Assembly (NCBI RefSeq): GCF_036321535.1
Contig: NC_087447.1
Span: 12,896,001 to 12,960,000 of the forward strand
Length of the DNA: 64,000 nucleotides
Origin: Camelus dromedarius
Lineage: Eukaryota
Reading direction: 5' to 3'
Shown piece by piece: positions 52,361 through 64,000 of this stretch. The notes under the pieces were generated by a model. The model saw nothing but the letters and a program-made list of their open reading frames with translations. It ran no database searches and was not told where the DNA came from. The position numbers and the translations under genes are program-made. Numbering within the stretch: position 1 is the stretch's first letter; every line of letters starts with the position of its first letter.

Positions 52361-52964
52361 ACCAGTTTAGAGAACTTTTAATATAAGTTTTCACTCTACT
52401 ATTGTATTTTCTAAGGCGATTTTGCAGTTGGACTTTTCATGCAATAATAATAATAGTCGTGGGAAGAAAGGAAAATTTATACTTCTTATAGTTAACTTTG
52501 AAGGAGACCCATCTTTGCAATGCACACGAGTCTGCTGAAAGCAAGCCTATCACGTGCATGGTAGACCCTCTTCTGCACCTTGGTTCCTGGGCCTGAACAT
52601 GAGGAGTGGTGTCTTCTGCAAAGTCATCACAGGGCCATAGGGTGTCAAAGTGTGACAGCCCAAGCTAAGCTGAGGCCAGGGCTGTAGAGAAACCCACAAA
52701 GATGGGCTGGGCTTAGCTGTGGGAGAGGCAGTAGTTGCTAGGCACTTGTACCTTATTCTCTGAAGCATGCTTGCCCTTGGGCATTCTTTAATTTACGTAT
52801 GATCTTCATAATGCAAAAGGTTAATCTCTGTATTCTGTGAAGTAATGAAGTCATTGCTCTGGATGAAATAATATAAGCACCCTCACAAACAGCATGGCAG
52901 TGACACCAGGGATTTGAACACATCATCTGTGGACCTGAATTAATGGCTGGGATTAGTTTGCTGC

Positions 52965-53410
52965 CAACGCTATCAATCTAAGAAGAACAAAGTTGGCAGT
53001 ATCACCATTGCCAACTTGAGAGTATACTACAAAGCTACATTAATAAAGCAGTATGGTACTAGAGTGCGTGCGCGCGCGCACACACCCACACACACACCCC
53101 AGACACACAGATCAAAGGAACAGAATAGAGAGCACAGAAATAAATCTACAGTTTTATGGGCAGTTAATCCATGATGAAGAAGGCAAAAAGGCACAATGGG
53201 GAAAAGACAGCCTCTTCAATAAGTGGTGTTGGCAAGGCTAGACAGCTACTTGCAAAAGAATCAAGCTGAGTTAATTTATCATGTGCAGAAACAAATTTCA
53301 AATGGATTAAAGGCTTATATGTAAGATATGAAGCCATAACATCTCTAGAAGAAAATGTGCAGTACCCTCCTTGACATTGGTCTTGGCATCTTTCATCAGA
53401 TGCAGAACTG
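52965..53410 (+). mobile_element. L1 ORF2 fragment with an internal (GC)n(CA)n run
   Basis: atactacaaagctaca...gcagtatggtact...[14 protein letters not shown]...[13 protein letters not shown]. Confidence 0.85.
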
Positions 53411-53619
53411 CTCTCCCTCTTCTGACAAGTGGAAGATTGCATTTACTAGAAGAAACACACAAACACACACACACAAATATGTGTTAGTATATATATATGC
53501 ACATTGATAATCTAAGTCACTAAGATAAAATGGAACTTGGCAAGAAAATTAGGCAGCTCAGTATTCTTTCAAGTATTGTTTTCAAGTTGTAATAAATCAA
53601 AAAACAGAAATCTCAATTA

Positions 53620-53920
53620 AATAGAGCTGGAAGACCAGAAGGGGGCCCTCATGGCCTGTGACTATAGCAGAGCCCAACAGGAAGAAGAAAGACCCGCCAT
53701 TCCTGGCAAGGACTCCCCCAATGAAAAGCCACAGACCATTTACTACAGCCCTCCCAAATTCCTTTTCCTCCCTGTAAAAGAGTTCTCCTTCCCTTGCCTA
53801 GTGAGAGTTTCCACATGGCTCACCATGGTTACAGATCCTGAATTGCAATTCTCTGTAGATCCCAAATAAACTCACCTTTGCTGGAGAACTGTTTGACAGT
53901 CTCTTAATTTCAGTTCAACA
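53620..53920 (+). mobile_element. ERV1-type LTR 3' fragment (MER34/39-like)
   Basis: ttgcaattctctgtagatcccaaataaactcacctttgctggaga...ttcagttcaaca is an LTR-type 3' end with AATAAA and a terminal CA. Confidence 0.55.
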
Positions 53921-54614
53921 AAGTCTGTTCTATCATTTCTTAACTATTTTTTAATTGGAGACTCACTTAATAGCTTTAAGTTTTGCTTTTCTCACTTGAA
54001 AAATATGTAAAATAATAATGTCAACCTCAAAGACTGGTATGGAAGATTAACTGAGAATTTAAATGGGAAAGTATAATATACTGCTTGACGCATTATGAGT
54101 TCTCTATGCAAGTAGATTCTCTATGCATATGGACACTCCATGGGATTTATTCCACCTCGTTTACTTATGTATTTAGTTCTGCGAAATCCGTAGTTTTATC
54201 CCCTTGTAAAATCAGAATCTTAGACAATTGCAACAAGCCAATGCAATTCTGAAACCATAAAAAAAAAAGATATATATTGTCCTATTTGCTCAGGGTACAG
54301 TATTTCTTTAAACAAGGCAAGTAATCAGTGTCCCTTTCTCATTAATTACAGTCAAGAACAGACCTGGAGTGGAGATTAAAGTTACCAAGACAAGGGAGGG
54401 GTACACACGCACAAAAACACAAAGGGAAGAAGAATAATTTGGTAGTGGGCTACACACCCACTTGAAATAAGTTAAAACTACAAACAAAGAAGCAGTTAAA
54501 CAACCAATTGAAATAACTTTTTTTTTTTAAGTTGGCAAAAAGCTTTAACTAGCACAGAGAACAGGAAACACTTCATGACGCTAGTCCCATGTGATGATTA
54601 ATCCCATTTTTCTG

Positions 54615-54795
54615 CATGGGATCATGTGTTATTTCCTTTTGAGACTGTAGTTTCTGCCTTCAGAGGATTGACTCCATAATTAAAACCGATTTTCTAGTCC
54701 CCATGGTTACCTGGTCCTCTTTAAGGAAAACAAAATGAAAGGGCAGCAACATGTACATACTCAGAAGATGTCTCACATTTTTACAAAGAGGTAAT
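54615..54795 (+). promoter_or_regulatory. Candidate OR5F copy B promoter / non-coding first exon
   Basis: Homologous to 23920-24100. It has TAATTA at 54677-54682, an O/E-like tccccatggt at 54698-54707 and a donor-like gag|gtaatg at 54790/54791. The function is inferred only. Confidence 0.35.
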
Positions 54796-55670
54796 GCAAA
54801 TATTCACTGCTTTTCACTACATTTTAAAAAATGAAATTTCTTTTCTTTTTAAGCCTCAACTGAACAAATAAGGGACTCCAATAAAAAAGAAAATAATGGA
54901 CTAGACAATTAAGATGCTGTGATGGAAGCTATAAGTATTTGGTGCTTTCATTCACAGCCATGGACAGGTACCGTGTCTGCTCCTACAGGGCACTGATTTG
55001 ACAGTGTACTTTGTAATGAGAACTGTTGTTGGTTCATTTTTAAAACATTACAGAAGCATTCTTAAGAATATCGTATTCTTCTATATATACTCTATATATG
55101 CCATACTGCTATATCATTCTATAAGAATATTATCTTCATCCATTTATATTATAGATGTCAAAATATTGGTTATTTGAAATGGCCATTTTTGTTGCTTGAA
55201 CACATGAGAGAATTTGGGTGGTGATGCATGAGTTTTGGAGTTGAACAATGCACAGACTGATCTTGATGAGGGAAAAAAGTGCATTTGAGTTAAACTCATG
55301 TACCTGTTCAGAGAATGAGAAAGACTTCTGCAAGACTGAGTTCTTGCATTTTGGATGCGGGCTAGGAGAAAAAAAATAGAACATATATGTTGCGTTTGCA
55401 GAAACTGAAGTGGAATATGTGGACCTAGACCAGTGATTTGAGAGCCCTTAAGCCCAGATTCAACACAGACAACTGCTGAATAAATTCCAGTGCTTATTCA
55501 TCTGTCCAATAGTTTTCTTCTCACTTCACTCTATTTACTATGATCTATTATTCTAGGTATTTTTTTTCTGTATGTGATTAACCTCATTAACATTTTTACT
55601 ATTTCCTGTCAACTTTATAAAGTGAAATATTTATACTTAAGGCAAGTTTAGGCACACTGTATCTGTAATA

Positions 55671-56627
55671 ATGGCCAGAAAAAATTACACTTTGCTGACT
55701 GAGTTCCTCCTGTTGGGATTAGCAGACACGCCGGAGCTACAGATCCTCCTCTTTCTGCTTTTTGCTGTGATTTACACACTTACGGTTCTGGGGAATGTTG
55801 GGATGATCTTATTAATCAGGATGGAGTCCCGACTTCACACTCCCATGTATTTCCTCCTGGCTCACCTGTCTTTTATGGACGTTTGTTATTCATCCACCAT
55901 CACTCCAAAGATGCTGGCAGATTTATTGTCGGAGAAGAAAACCATCTCCTTTGCTGGCTGCTTCCTGCAGATGTACTTCTTCATAGCCTTTGCCACAACT
56001 GAATGCATCACTTTTGGGTTAATGGCCTATGACCGGTATGTGGCCATCTGCAACCCTCTGCGTTACTCCTTGATCATGTCCACCACAGTCTGCCTAAAAA
56101 TGGCAGCTGGGTCTTTCACAGCAGGGCTGTTGAACTCCATGGTTCACACAGGTTATGTAAGCAGCTTGCCATTCTGCGGGTCCAGGGTCATCCATCACTT
56201 CTTCTGTGACAGCCCACCGCTGTTTAAGCTTTCGTGTTCTGACACTCACCTGTATGAAGTCATTTTGTCCACATTTGCTGGTGTGAATATGGTCGGGACT
56301 CTGCTGGTGATCCTCGCCTCCTACGGCTGCATCCTCTTCTCCATCTTTCGGATGCATTCCGGGGAGGGCAGGCGCAAAGCCTTCTCCACGTGTGCCTCTC
56401 ACCTGACAGCCATCATTCTGTTCTATTCCACCTCCACCTACACTTACCTGAGACCTAGTTCCAGCTACTCCCTGAGTCAAGACAAAGTGGCTTCCGTGTT
56501 CTACACGGTGGTCATCCCCATGTTGAACCCTCTGATCTACAGCCTCAGGAATAAGGAAGTGAAGAAGGCTCTATGGAATGCAGTTCCTAGGACAAGGATC
56601 CCTTCACGTCTGCGATTGTTGTGTTAA
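55671..56627 (+). CDS. OR5F1: Olfactory receptor 5F1-like, copy B, 318 aa
   Basis: Differs from copy A at 13 nt over the first 945 nt. The codon equivalent to A's stop is CGA, which adds RLLC. Confidence 0.9.
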   Translation: MARKNYTLLTEFLLLGLADTPELQILLFLLFAVIYTLTVLGNVGMILLIRMESRLHTPMYFLLAHLSFMDVCYSSTITPKMLADLLSEKKTISFAGCFLQMYFFIAFATTECITFGLMAYDRYVAICNPLRYSLIMSTTVCLKMAAGSFTAGLLNSMVHTGYVSSLPFCGSRVIHHFFCDSPPLFKLSCSDTHLYEVILSTFAGVNMVGTLLVILASYGCILFSIFRMHSGEGRRKAFSTCASHLTAIILFYSTSTYTYLRPSSSYSLSQDKVASVFYTVVIPMLNPLIYSLRNKEVKKALWNAVPRTRIPSRLRLLC

Positions 56628-59600
56628 TGTTCTGAACCCAATAGTATACTTACTGACTTTTCAAAGGCTAGATCAAGTTCACAGTTTTCTTTAGAATATT
56701 TTCTGTGTAATCATGATCTATGAACACTCAAGAACATCTGTCCGATTAGGTATAATTTTCCTCTGTAAGACCGTGGAAACTTCACCCAATCATTGCAATT
56801 TCCACTGGGGCCCTATAAATAGGTTTGTTTTTTTTTTTTAAAGAAATGTCGGTTAGGGAAATCAATGGGTTAAGTATTTAGAGGCAGAAGTCAGAAAAAT
56901 CACATGAATCTGGCCATGTAGAATACTTGTACTTGTCAGTTTATTTTTTTCTGATGCATTTTTCATCATTTGTGGTTTGGAAGGATTGTTATGTATCACG
57001 TATGTCAAAATGCTTTAAATTTAAAATAGATTCTCAGTTTATTTTATTTGATTATTTCCTGGATCGGATGCTTATATCAAAATTCAAGAATAGAGTTTTA
57101 ATTGCAGTATTAAATTCCTCAGTTTTTATTTTGTTTATCTCCCCCAAACACAGTCAGTAAAGAATAAATATGGATCTGTGTAAATGTTTACTATTTAGAA
57201 AATTGCTATGTGATCTGAATGCACCAGTCACAATAGTTCTCCTTCAATTCCCTCTTTTACTTTTCAAAAATGTCCTATTCTTTTCTCACTTCTTTATCCC
57301 AGACTGATACGTACGCTCAAAGTCACATGCACACATGTTCAGCTACTGCGGCGTTGAATCGGTGCGTAGTTCCAAACAGGTAGATTCATGCTTAATGGAT
57401 AAATCTGACACATATTCTTTACAACAGACTCAAGGGTTTCCTGCTTATAGAAATAGTCTATCAATGAGCAATAAAAATCAATTAAAGTTAACCTTAAGAC
57501 CAAAGCCAAGCACTAATATGGAGGTAGATGGGGAGTCGGCTTAGTAGAACCCTGGAGGAAGCTGAGTGCGGGCCAGGGCTTGCTGAGGAGACAGCCCACA
57601 CTTACATTTTTGGAGAGCAGTTCTCCACAGTCCTTCCCTCGCACTTGACCCTGAAGTTGTTCTTGACAGCAGCTGTGATGTTCAGGTCATCCGGGATGTG
57701 GCAAAGCAGATGACTTGTCACAGAAGATCATCCGGTTTTACTATCCAGTGCCATCTATGGTCCAAGAGATTGGCCTTGAACGGATGGATGTTCATGAAGG
57801 CATCGTGTTGTCTGTGCACCCCTGGGCCATGCTTCCACCTCACAGGCCCAACTGGTTATCTGGCCTTGAGGCCTTGCAGCAGGCTTACTGGGCTGTTCTC
57901 AGAGAATGTCCGCTCTGTCAATGGGTGGCTCACCTGCATTCTTCTCGATCAGCTGGCCGCATGTTGGATGAACTTCTTCTACTTTCCCTGTCCTATGTGT
58001 TTAGTGGAACCATTTATGGGACCCAGATATTTCACTAGTAAATATTAATATTCTATTCCTCCCATTAAACAGTTCAATTTCTAGTAAACCTTAGGAATAG
58101 AAACATTTTGTGTGGGATGATATCCAATTATTCTGAGATTCAGGTTTTTAGACAAAATTTGAGCCATGTTTTCTCCTCTCTAATTTAGCTTTCTTTACTT
58201 AATTGATCTCAATTACAAAGTCTGCAAATATTTCCAACTTTGGGAGCTATTAGCTCTTAATGATATCGGCTACTTTTTACTTAATTGAATACATGCTTCT
58301 TATGTAAATTTAGATTGTTTTTAACCTGTAATGGCTTGGAAAAAGTATTTTCAAAATTATCTTAGTTTTTTGCTTATTTTTCAAAGCACTTATGTAAAAC
58401 ATGTTCATAATATTTTTGATTTCTTTAACTCAAAAGAAATTTAAATTACAAATCATTAAGAGACTTCTAATTGTGTGTAATTTCTTTCTTTCGCAATCTG
58501 ACAATATTTATTAAGCCCTCCCTTATGAACATAGTATCTTTGATTCTTTGCTGTACTATCTCCATTGCTTCCTGTTTCTCTAATTTTCCTAGTCTTTTAT
58601 TTCGTTTAAATGTATGTTACCACCTTCCCCAAGTATACAGTTATCAATCCATGTTTTGCCTTATTCAATGGTTTTTGACTAATTCACTTGCTAAAATTAA
58701 AAAAGGAAGTTTGAAATGTATGCCTTAGGCTTTGTTTTGCTTGGTATAAATAATGATTAGTTCAGATAAAAGCAGACTTACTTACAAAACCTGGGAATTT
58801 CAGATTTTGGAAATGTTGGAAAAGTAAGTAAACAAGTTGGAAGGAACAAAGTAATCAATATTCAAGAAATATATGGGTCTAAATAAATAATCAAAAAGAT
58901 GAGATTACTAAGAGATAGAGTCCTGCATTTATGCAAAAATATATGCAGAAATAGCTTGATATTAGTATATAAAAATAATTTTTGACTTAGTTTGTTAAAC
59001 TAACAAACACAACATGATTTTCATGAGTCTATTAAAAAAATGAGAAGTTACACATTGTGTAAACAATAATTAGGTAAAGGCTAGTACTGAGATTAAGTGA
59101 AGCAATAATCTCATTTTACTTCACACTGCTCAAGTAAAATCCAAACATAGTATATTAATTCAATCACATTTCAAAGGACACAGAGATAAATAATATTATG
59201 TCCAAAGGCAAAACCCAAATGGTCAGTTGTATGGGGAAAAAAGTCAAATATAAAGTAGTTGAACTGATATAAGAATGTGTAATTTGTAGAAAGGAAATAT
59301 ACAAGGAACTTTATTGAAAATACATAGCTTTACTGTAATATTTCGTTATATAGAAACAATTTTAAAACAAGTAGTTTTATTGAAGCTATATGGAACATAT
59401 GTCAAATAGAATGTGTGGCATCAGACAGCTGGGGTGTAGTCATTTGTTGTTAAACTTAAATATAATTTACTGCTTTAGGTGGGGAAAAGGTATGTAATAT
59501 CATTAGCATTCTCTTTAAATTTTGTGATCTTAATCCTACTGTGAAAACATTGCATGTAACCATGGACCATAAGAACAGTTTTGGGGATATTTCAATCACT

Positions 59601-60589
59601 TAAAAATTATTATCCTTCCGTTTGTTACTCAAGGGATTTCAAGGTTTTACAAATGGGAGATCAGTCTGGTAAGAGCTGTGTCAAAACCTCTGAGTTTGTG
59701 AATTAGGCTTGAAATGTTGAACTTCGTGACACCGTATGATCATTTTCACCTTGTGTGGGGAAACAATACCATTTAAGCATATAATTTATGAGCCATGTTT
59801 GTGTTGAGTGTGTGTCGGGTTCATTAACACACTGGTAAGAGAAAGCAGAAAGATGAAAAGAATGCAGAGACTTGTTCATACGTCTGCTTGATTCTCCTCT
59901 CTGTCCCTGATGTTGGAGTTCAAACTTTTCTCCAATCAATACGGAGAGAGGTACAGCCAACAACTGCCAAGTTTAAAAAATTACAACTACAGACACACAG
60001 AGAGGAAGACTTTCTCTTGGCTCTTATTCCAACAGTTGCAGGAAATGGTTCTGGTTGAACCATGTTTGGTGTAGCATGTACTGTTGAACGAATGAACTGT
60101 GACCAGGGCAGTGCAGTCATGTGGTATATATTGACCAAGAGAAATGTGGGGGATGAAACTGAAGAACACTTTTAGATAATTTATATAGGGGGTGAGTAGA
60201 AAAAAAAATGCATCTCTACTAATTAGGTTAAACCAAGCTGAAGATAGGAAACTCCTAAAATTCTAAGATCTGAGGGCTCTAAAGCAGAATAATCGAGGAC
60301 CAGATCCCAGGAGTAAGGTAAGTATTATCTCTAAACAGTCGTTCAGGGGCAGGTGGCTTTGATATTTTCCACTGATGACTCCCATGGCTTCTGGGGCCCT
60401 TCCTTGGCTTTCCAGCCAAAATTGGGAGAAGTGGAATTCTGGGAGACCTCCTTTTATGTAAGTCAGTCCCCACATACTGTTTTCTCTCCTATTTCTTTGC
60501 CAAAAACCGAGTCACTTGGTCACACAGGCTGCAAGGGAGACTGGAAACACATATCAGCTACTATGGAAAGAATAAAAAAATGAAGGGGA

Positions 60590-61150
60590 ATTGAATTTGC
60601 TAGTCACATTTCAGTCCCTAGCATAATGCAGAACACAACTGTGAGGACCAAGGAGAGCCAGTGAAGGGAATTAAGGAGGAAAATGACATGATTTGACTTA
60701 CTTCATGGAAAAAAATATCCATGGATTAAGACAGAGAAGACTGATGAAGGTGAGAAAGTAGTAAAAATAAAGAAAAATTTTAAGAGTATTTCAATATAAA
60801 AGGAGTACAAAGATATAAACTGAAAAAGTGCTATGAAAACAGAGGGAAATGAGTGACATTAATCAATCTTTAGAGGAGACAGTTGGCATAATTTGATGAC
60901 TGACTAAATATTATGGGTAGAAGAGATGGAGAAGATTTTCAAATGTGGTTGATGCTGTGTACGGTAGAACCAGGAATCAAAACAGAAGAATAGGTTTGGA
61001 AATATAACCTGTACGTAAAGCCTGCGACCACTTATCACAATATGTACCCTATTCAAGCCCTGATCCTGGTCACTATCACTTGTTACATTTGTTGTTGCAA
61101 CCACATCCTAACTGGTCTCCCTGCTTCCACTCTCTGCCCTGCACTAAAGT
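60590..61150. mobile_element. L2 remnants
   Basis: ggaaaatgacatgatttgacttac... is antisense L2-like, and gcaaccacatcctaactggtctccctgcttccactct is sense L2-like. Confidence 0.5.
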
Positions 61151-62239
61151 ATATCATGTTCTTGTTTCATACCATCTCTCAGAGATTTTACTCACTATCA
61201 ACAATAGAAGAGAACACTGATATGAGTACTGATTTGGAAAGATTCAATGATACAGCTGTAAATTATGGAGTCCCTAAAAAGCCCCAGAGTGTTCTATGTA
61301 GATGGCACCATACTTGGAGCTGAACATGCCTCAGTAAACAAGACAAACACCCTAGAATCAAGGAATTATGACAGGAGAGAAAGTCAAATTAGGGAATAAG
61401 CATTAAAACATAATTGAATAAAGGTCAAAGTAGAAGTTATATATGAAAGCATTACACTAGAACTATTTGACTTTGCCTGCAGGAATAATGCTTTGCTTTT
61501 CGTAGAACATGACATGCCAGCTCCACCTAAGAGATGAACAGGTGTGTGGAAGTCAGACATTGTAACTGATTTATAAAACACAAAGTCTTCTGAGCTTCCT
61601 GAAGAGCTTAAAGCAGCACTTCATGTGCCTAGATATTTATTGACTGCTTCAATATGTAAAGGCTGAATGCATGAATTGGGTATTTTACATAGCTTACCAA
61701 AGATTCATAGCAACAATAAAAATTTACACTACATTCTTTCTCCTATTAAATTTAAAGCCCCTATAATGTCATTTTCCCATTCTGACCTGTGTGATATGGA
61801 AACTTAGTGTACTATATCCTCTTGCTCAAATTCATCTTATTTTTTCTTATGTGTGTACCTCTAACTAATTCAATTCTTTGCATTTGTTAGACTGAAGGGT
61901 TTATTTCTTGCTATATATAAGCTAGAAGCAAATATCACCTCCTAGAAGTTGTGCTCGGTTCCTTGCCACATGGGCATCAACATAAGCAGCCAACAGTATG
62001 AAAGTTTGCTTCTTTAAGCAAACATTGGCATTAAGAGCCACCTACCAAGACGGGTGTTACAGGATTATTAACGGATTCATGTACACACAAACACATGCAT
62101 CCTATCACACTTGCTATGCACTTAGACTATTAGCAACTCACATGACAACCTACAGTCAATTGGATGGCACTGAACAAAGCTGTAACTATCAGGAGGCAGG
62201 GACCATGGGGCTCATTTTATAAGCCTGTACACCATAGAA

Positions 62240-64000
62240 GGGAAATTGACAATGTTAGTCCCCTGACCATGCTGGCTTTATGCCTGGAGACAATTTCCTG
62301 ATCAAGGTACAGATAACTGGAACAAATGAAGAGCAGAGATGCCCACTGAGCTGAGGAGGCAGAGATCAGCATTTAAGACACCTAGAGAGGCTAGGATTTG
62401 TTCCAGGGCAGAGAAGATGAGGGAGCTATATGATGACTAAGGGACAGATAGACCTGAATGAAATTTTTTTGAGAGTCTCTGGAAAAATTATGGGATATGC
62501 ATACGCTAGAGGAGGCTATAGAATGCTTCTAAAAAAATGACTGATATGTAATTGAGGAAAGAATAAAGATACTAGGAATAAAGCACAGCTCAGAGACACT
62601 GGGGATGCATCCCAGCCAGCACTCTCCACACTGGAATAATATCTTAAGCAGCATCTGAGACACAGGAAGTGCTGGGGCTGTAGAGTAAGACTTATTTCCT
62701 AAAGTCAGGTCATTAGCTCTCTCAAGATTCACTCTAGAAAAAGTTCCAACCTAAGTCTCAGTGATATCTGTAGGGAAGATAGAATTTGGATGTTGAATTC
62801 CCCAAGTTATTTGGATGTGGGAAACACCTTGATCTCTGGACAACTTTTCACTAACAAAACATAAAACCCAGATTTTACAAGTCAAAATGGCCATCCCATA
62901 ATAATGGTTTGTTAGAATAAAAATTAGCACTCTTCATAGGAAGATATGAGATTCCAAAGACTCTACTACATATCATAAGCTATTTAAAATATGAAGGAAA
63001 AAATACAGGATATGAAAAACTTAGGAAAACTAAACCATAGTCTAGAAAAAAGTAATCAGTTAAAAATGACTGCAAGATGTCTCAGATGACAGATTTAACA
63101 GAGACTTTTAATAATCTCTTAAAATTATCGCCAAACACTTGAAATAAAATGTAACTACATACAATTTGAGTAGGTTGTTCCCATAGATATATAACAACTC
63201 TCAAAAAAAAAATTAATTAAAATTCTACAGTGAAGCGTACAATGAAAGGAAGTGAAATGTAAGTGAAGGGCAAGCGAAATGAAAGGCTGATGGGATTTGA
63301 TGTCGTTTGGACACGTGCAAAGAAATGTCAGTGAATTTAAATTCAAATTACTATAAATAATACAACCTAGAAAGAGTATTTTTTTAAAATTATTTTAAAA
63401 AATTAGAGCCTCAATAACAGGTGGATTTATATCACATTGTCTAAAATAGGCATAACTGAAGGACAAGTGTAGGAAAATAATTACAGTAGCTGACAATTTT
63501 TCAAATTTTTTTTTACAGTTTTTCAAATTGGATGGAAGACATGGGTATACATACCATAATGAGCCCCATTAGAATGAACCAAATAAACTCTGTTACATCA
63601 CAGTGAGACAACTGACTATTTAAAGCTAAAATAATGGCATTGCAAATTGGGGTTCATAATATAGATACAAGCAAAATGTATGACATCAGTAACACAGAGC
63701 ACATCATCTGAGGAAAAGGAGTTATTCTAGGATTATGACATTTGTGGAGTGAGATGTGACGTGGGTGGTGTGAGACATGAAGGATGAAGGGGGACGTGGA
63801 AAAGTGGAAGCGTCCGTGGTAAAGGATGAAGATTAAAATGGAACAATTTTAACCGTAGGTAAACTTTGATACATTAAAGATGCACATTTTTAATTGTTAA
63901 CCCTGAAGCAATCCTTGAAATGATAATTAAAAAAAAGTGGTATATGCAAAAAGACAGCGCAAATAATTTAATTAACCCTTAAATTGGCAGAAGGAAACTG
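62240..64000 (+). mobile_element. Old L1M 5'/ORF1 remnant, paralogue of 39835-41600
   Basis: It aligns colinearly with 39835-41600, including a shared non-consensus segment. Confidence 0.6.

Larger units (their letters stand above)
54275..64000 (+). repeat. Old tandem duplication, unit B (runs off the window end)
   Basis: Same block order as unit A. The offset is 30755 at the OR5F ATG, 30741 at 29041/59782 and 22414 at 41317/63731. Confidence 0.85.

Noticed and set aside
544-63346. The remaining 60-130 aa ORFs in the track
   Set aside because: They have no recognisable domains, many use non-ATG starts, and they overlap repeats or OR antisense strands. This is the expected background for AT-rich mammalian DNA.
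1-64000. CRISPR arrays, rRNA genes, operon-like or prokaryotic systems
   Set aside because: I saw no regularly spaced repeat-spacer array or rRNA-like sequence. The window is mammalian.

Overview
This is AT-rich mammalian genomic DNA from a class II olfactory receptor (OR) cluster. The species is very likely a camelid: there is a Vic-1-like tRNA-derived SINE at about 17.1 kb and L1 3' tails of a type I associate with camelids. Six intact single-exon OR coding sequences are present: an OR5-family gene (-), an OR5AS1 orthologue (-), OR5F1-like copy A (+), an OR10-family gene (+), an OR10AG1-like gene (+) and OR5F1-like copy B (+). The intergenic space is mostly old repeats: L1, L2, MIR, MaLR/MER21/ERV1 LTRs, MER20 and a 3.7-kb ERV-L fossil with recognisable gag/pol. 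Two N gaps (174 and 200 nt) indicate a draft assembly. The main structural result is an old tandem duplication with an offset of about 30.7 kb. Its non-coding parts are only about 70-85% identical by eye, while the two OR5F coding sequences differ at 13 of 945 nt. This points to recent gene conversion limited almost exactly to the CDS, with a 20-nt divergent patch in ECL2. I found no convincing evidence of a wholly new gene system. All gene and repeat names come from recalled family motifs, not from database searches.
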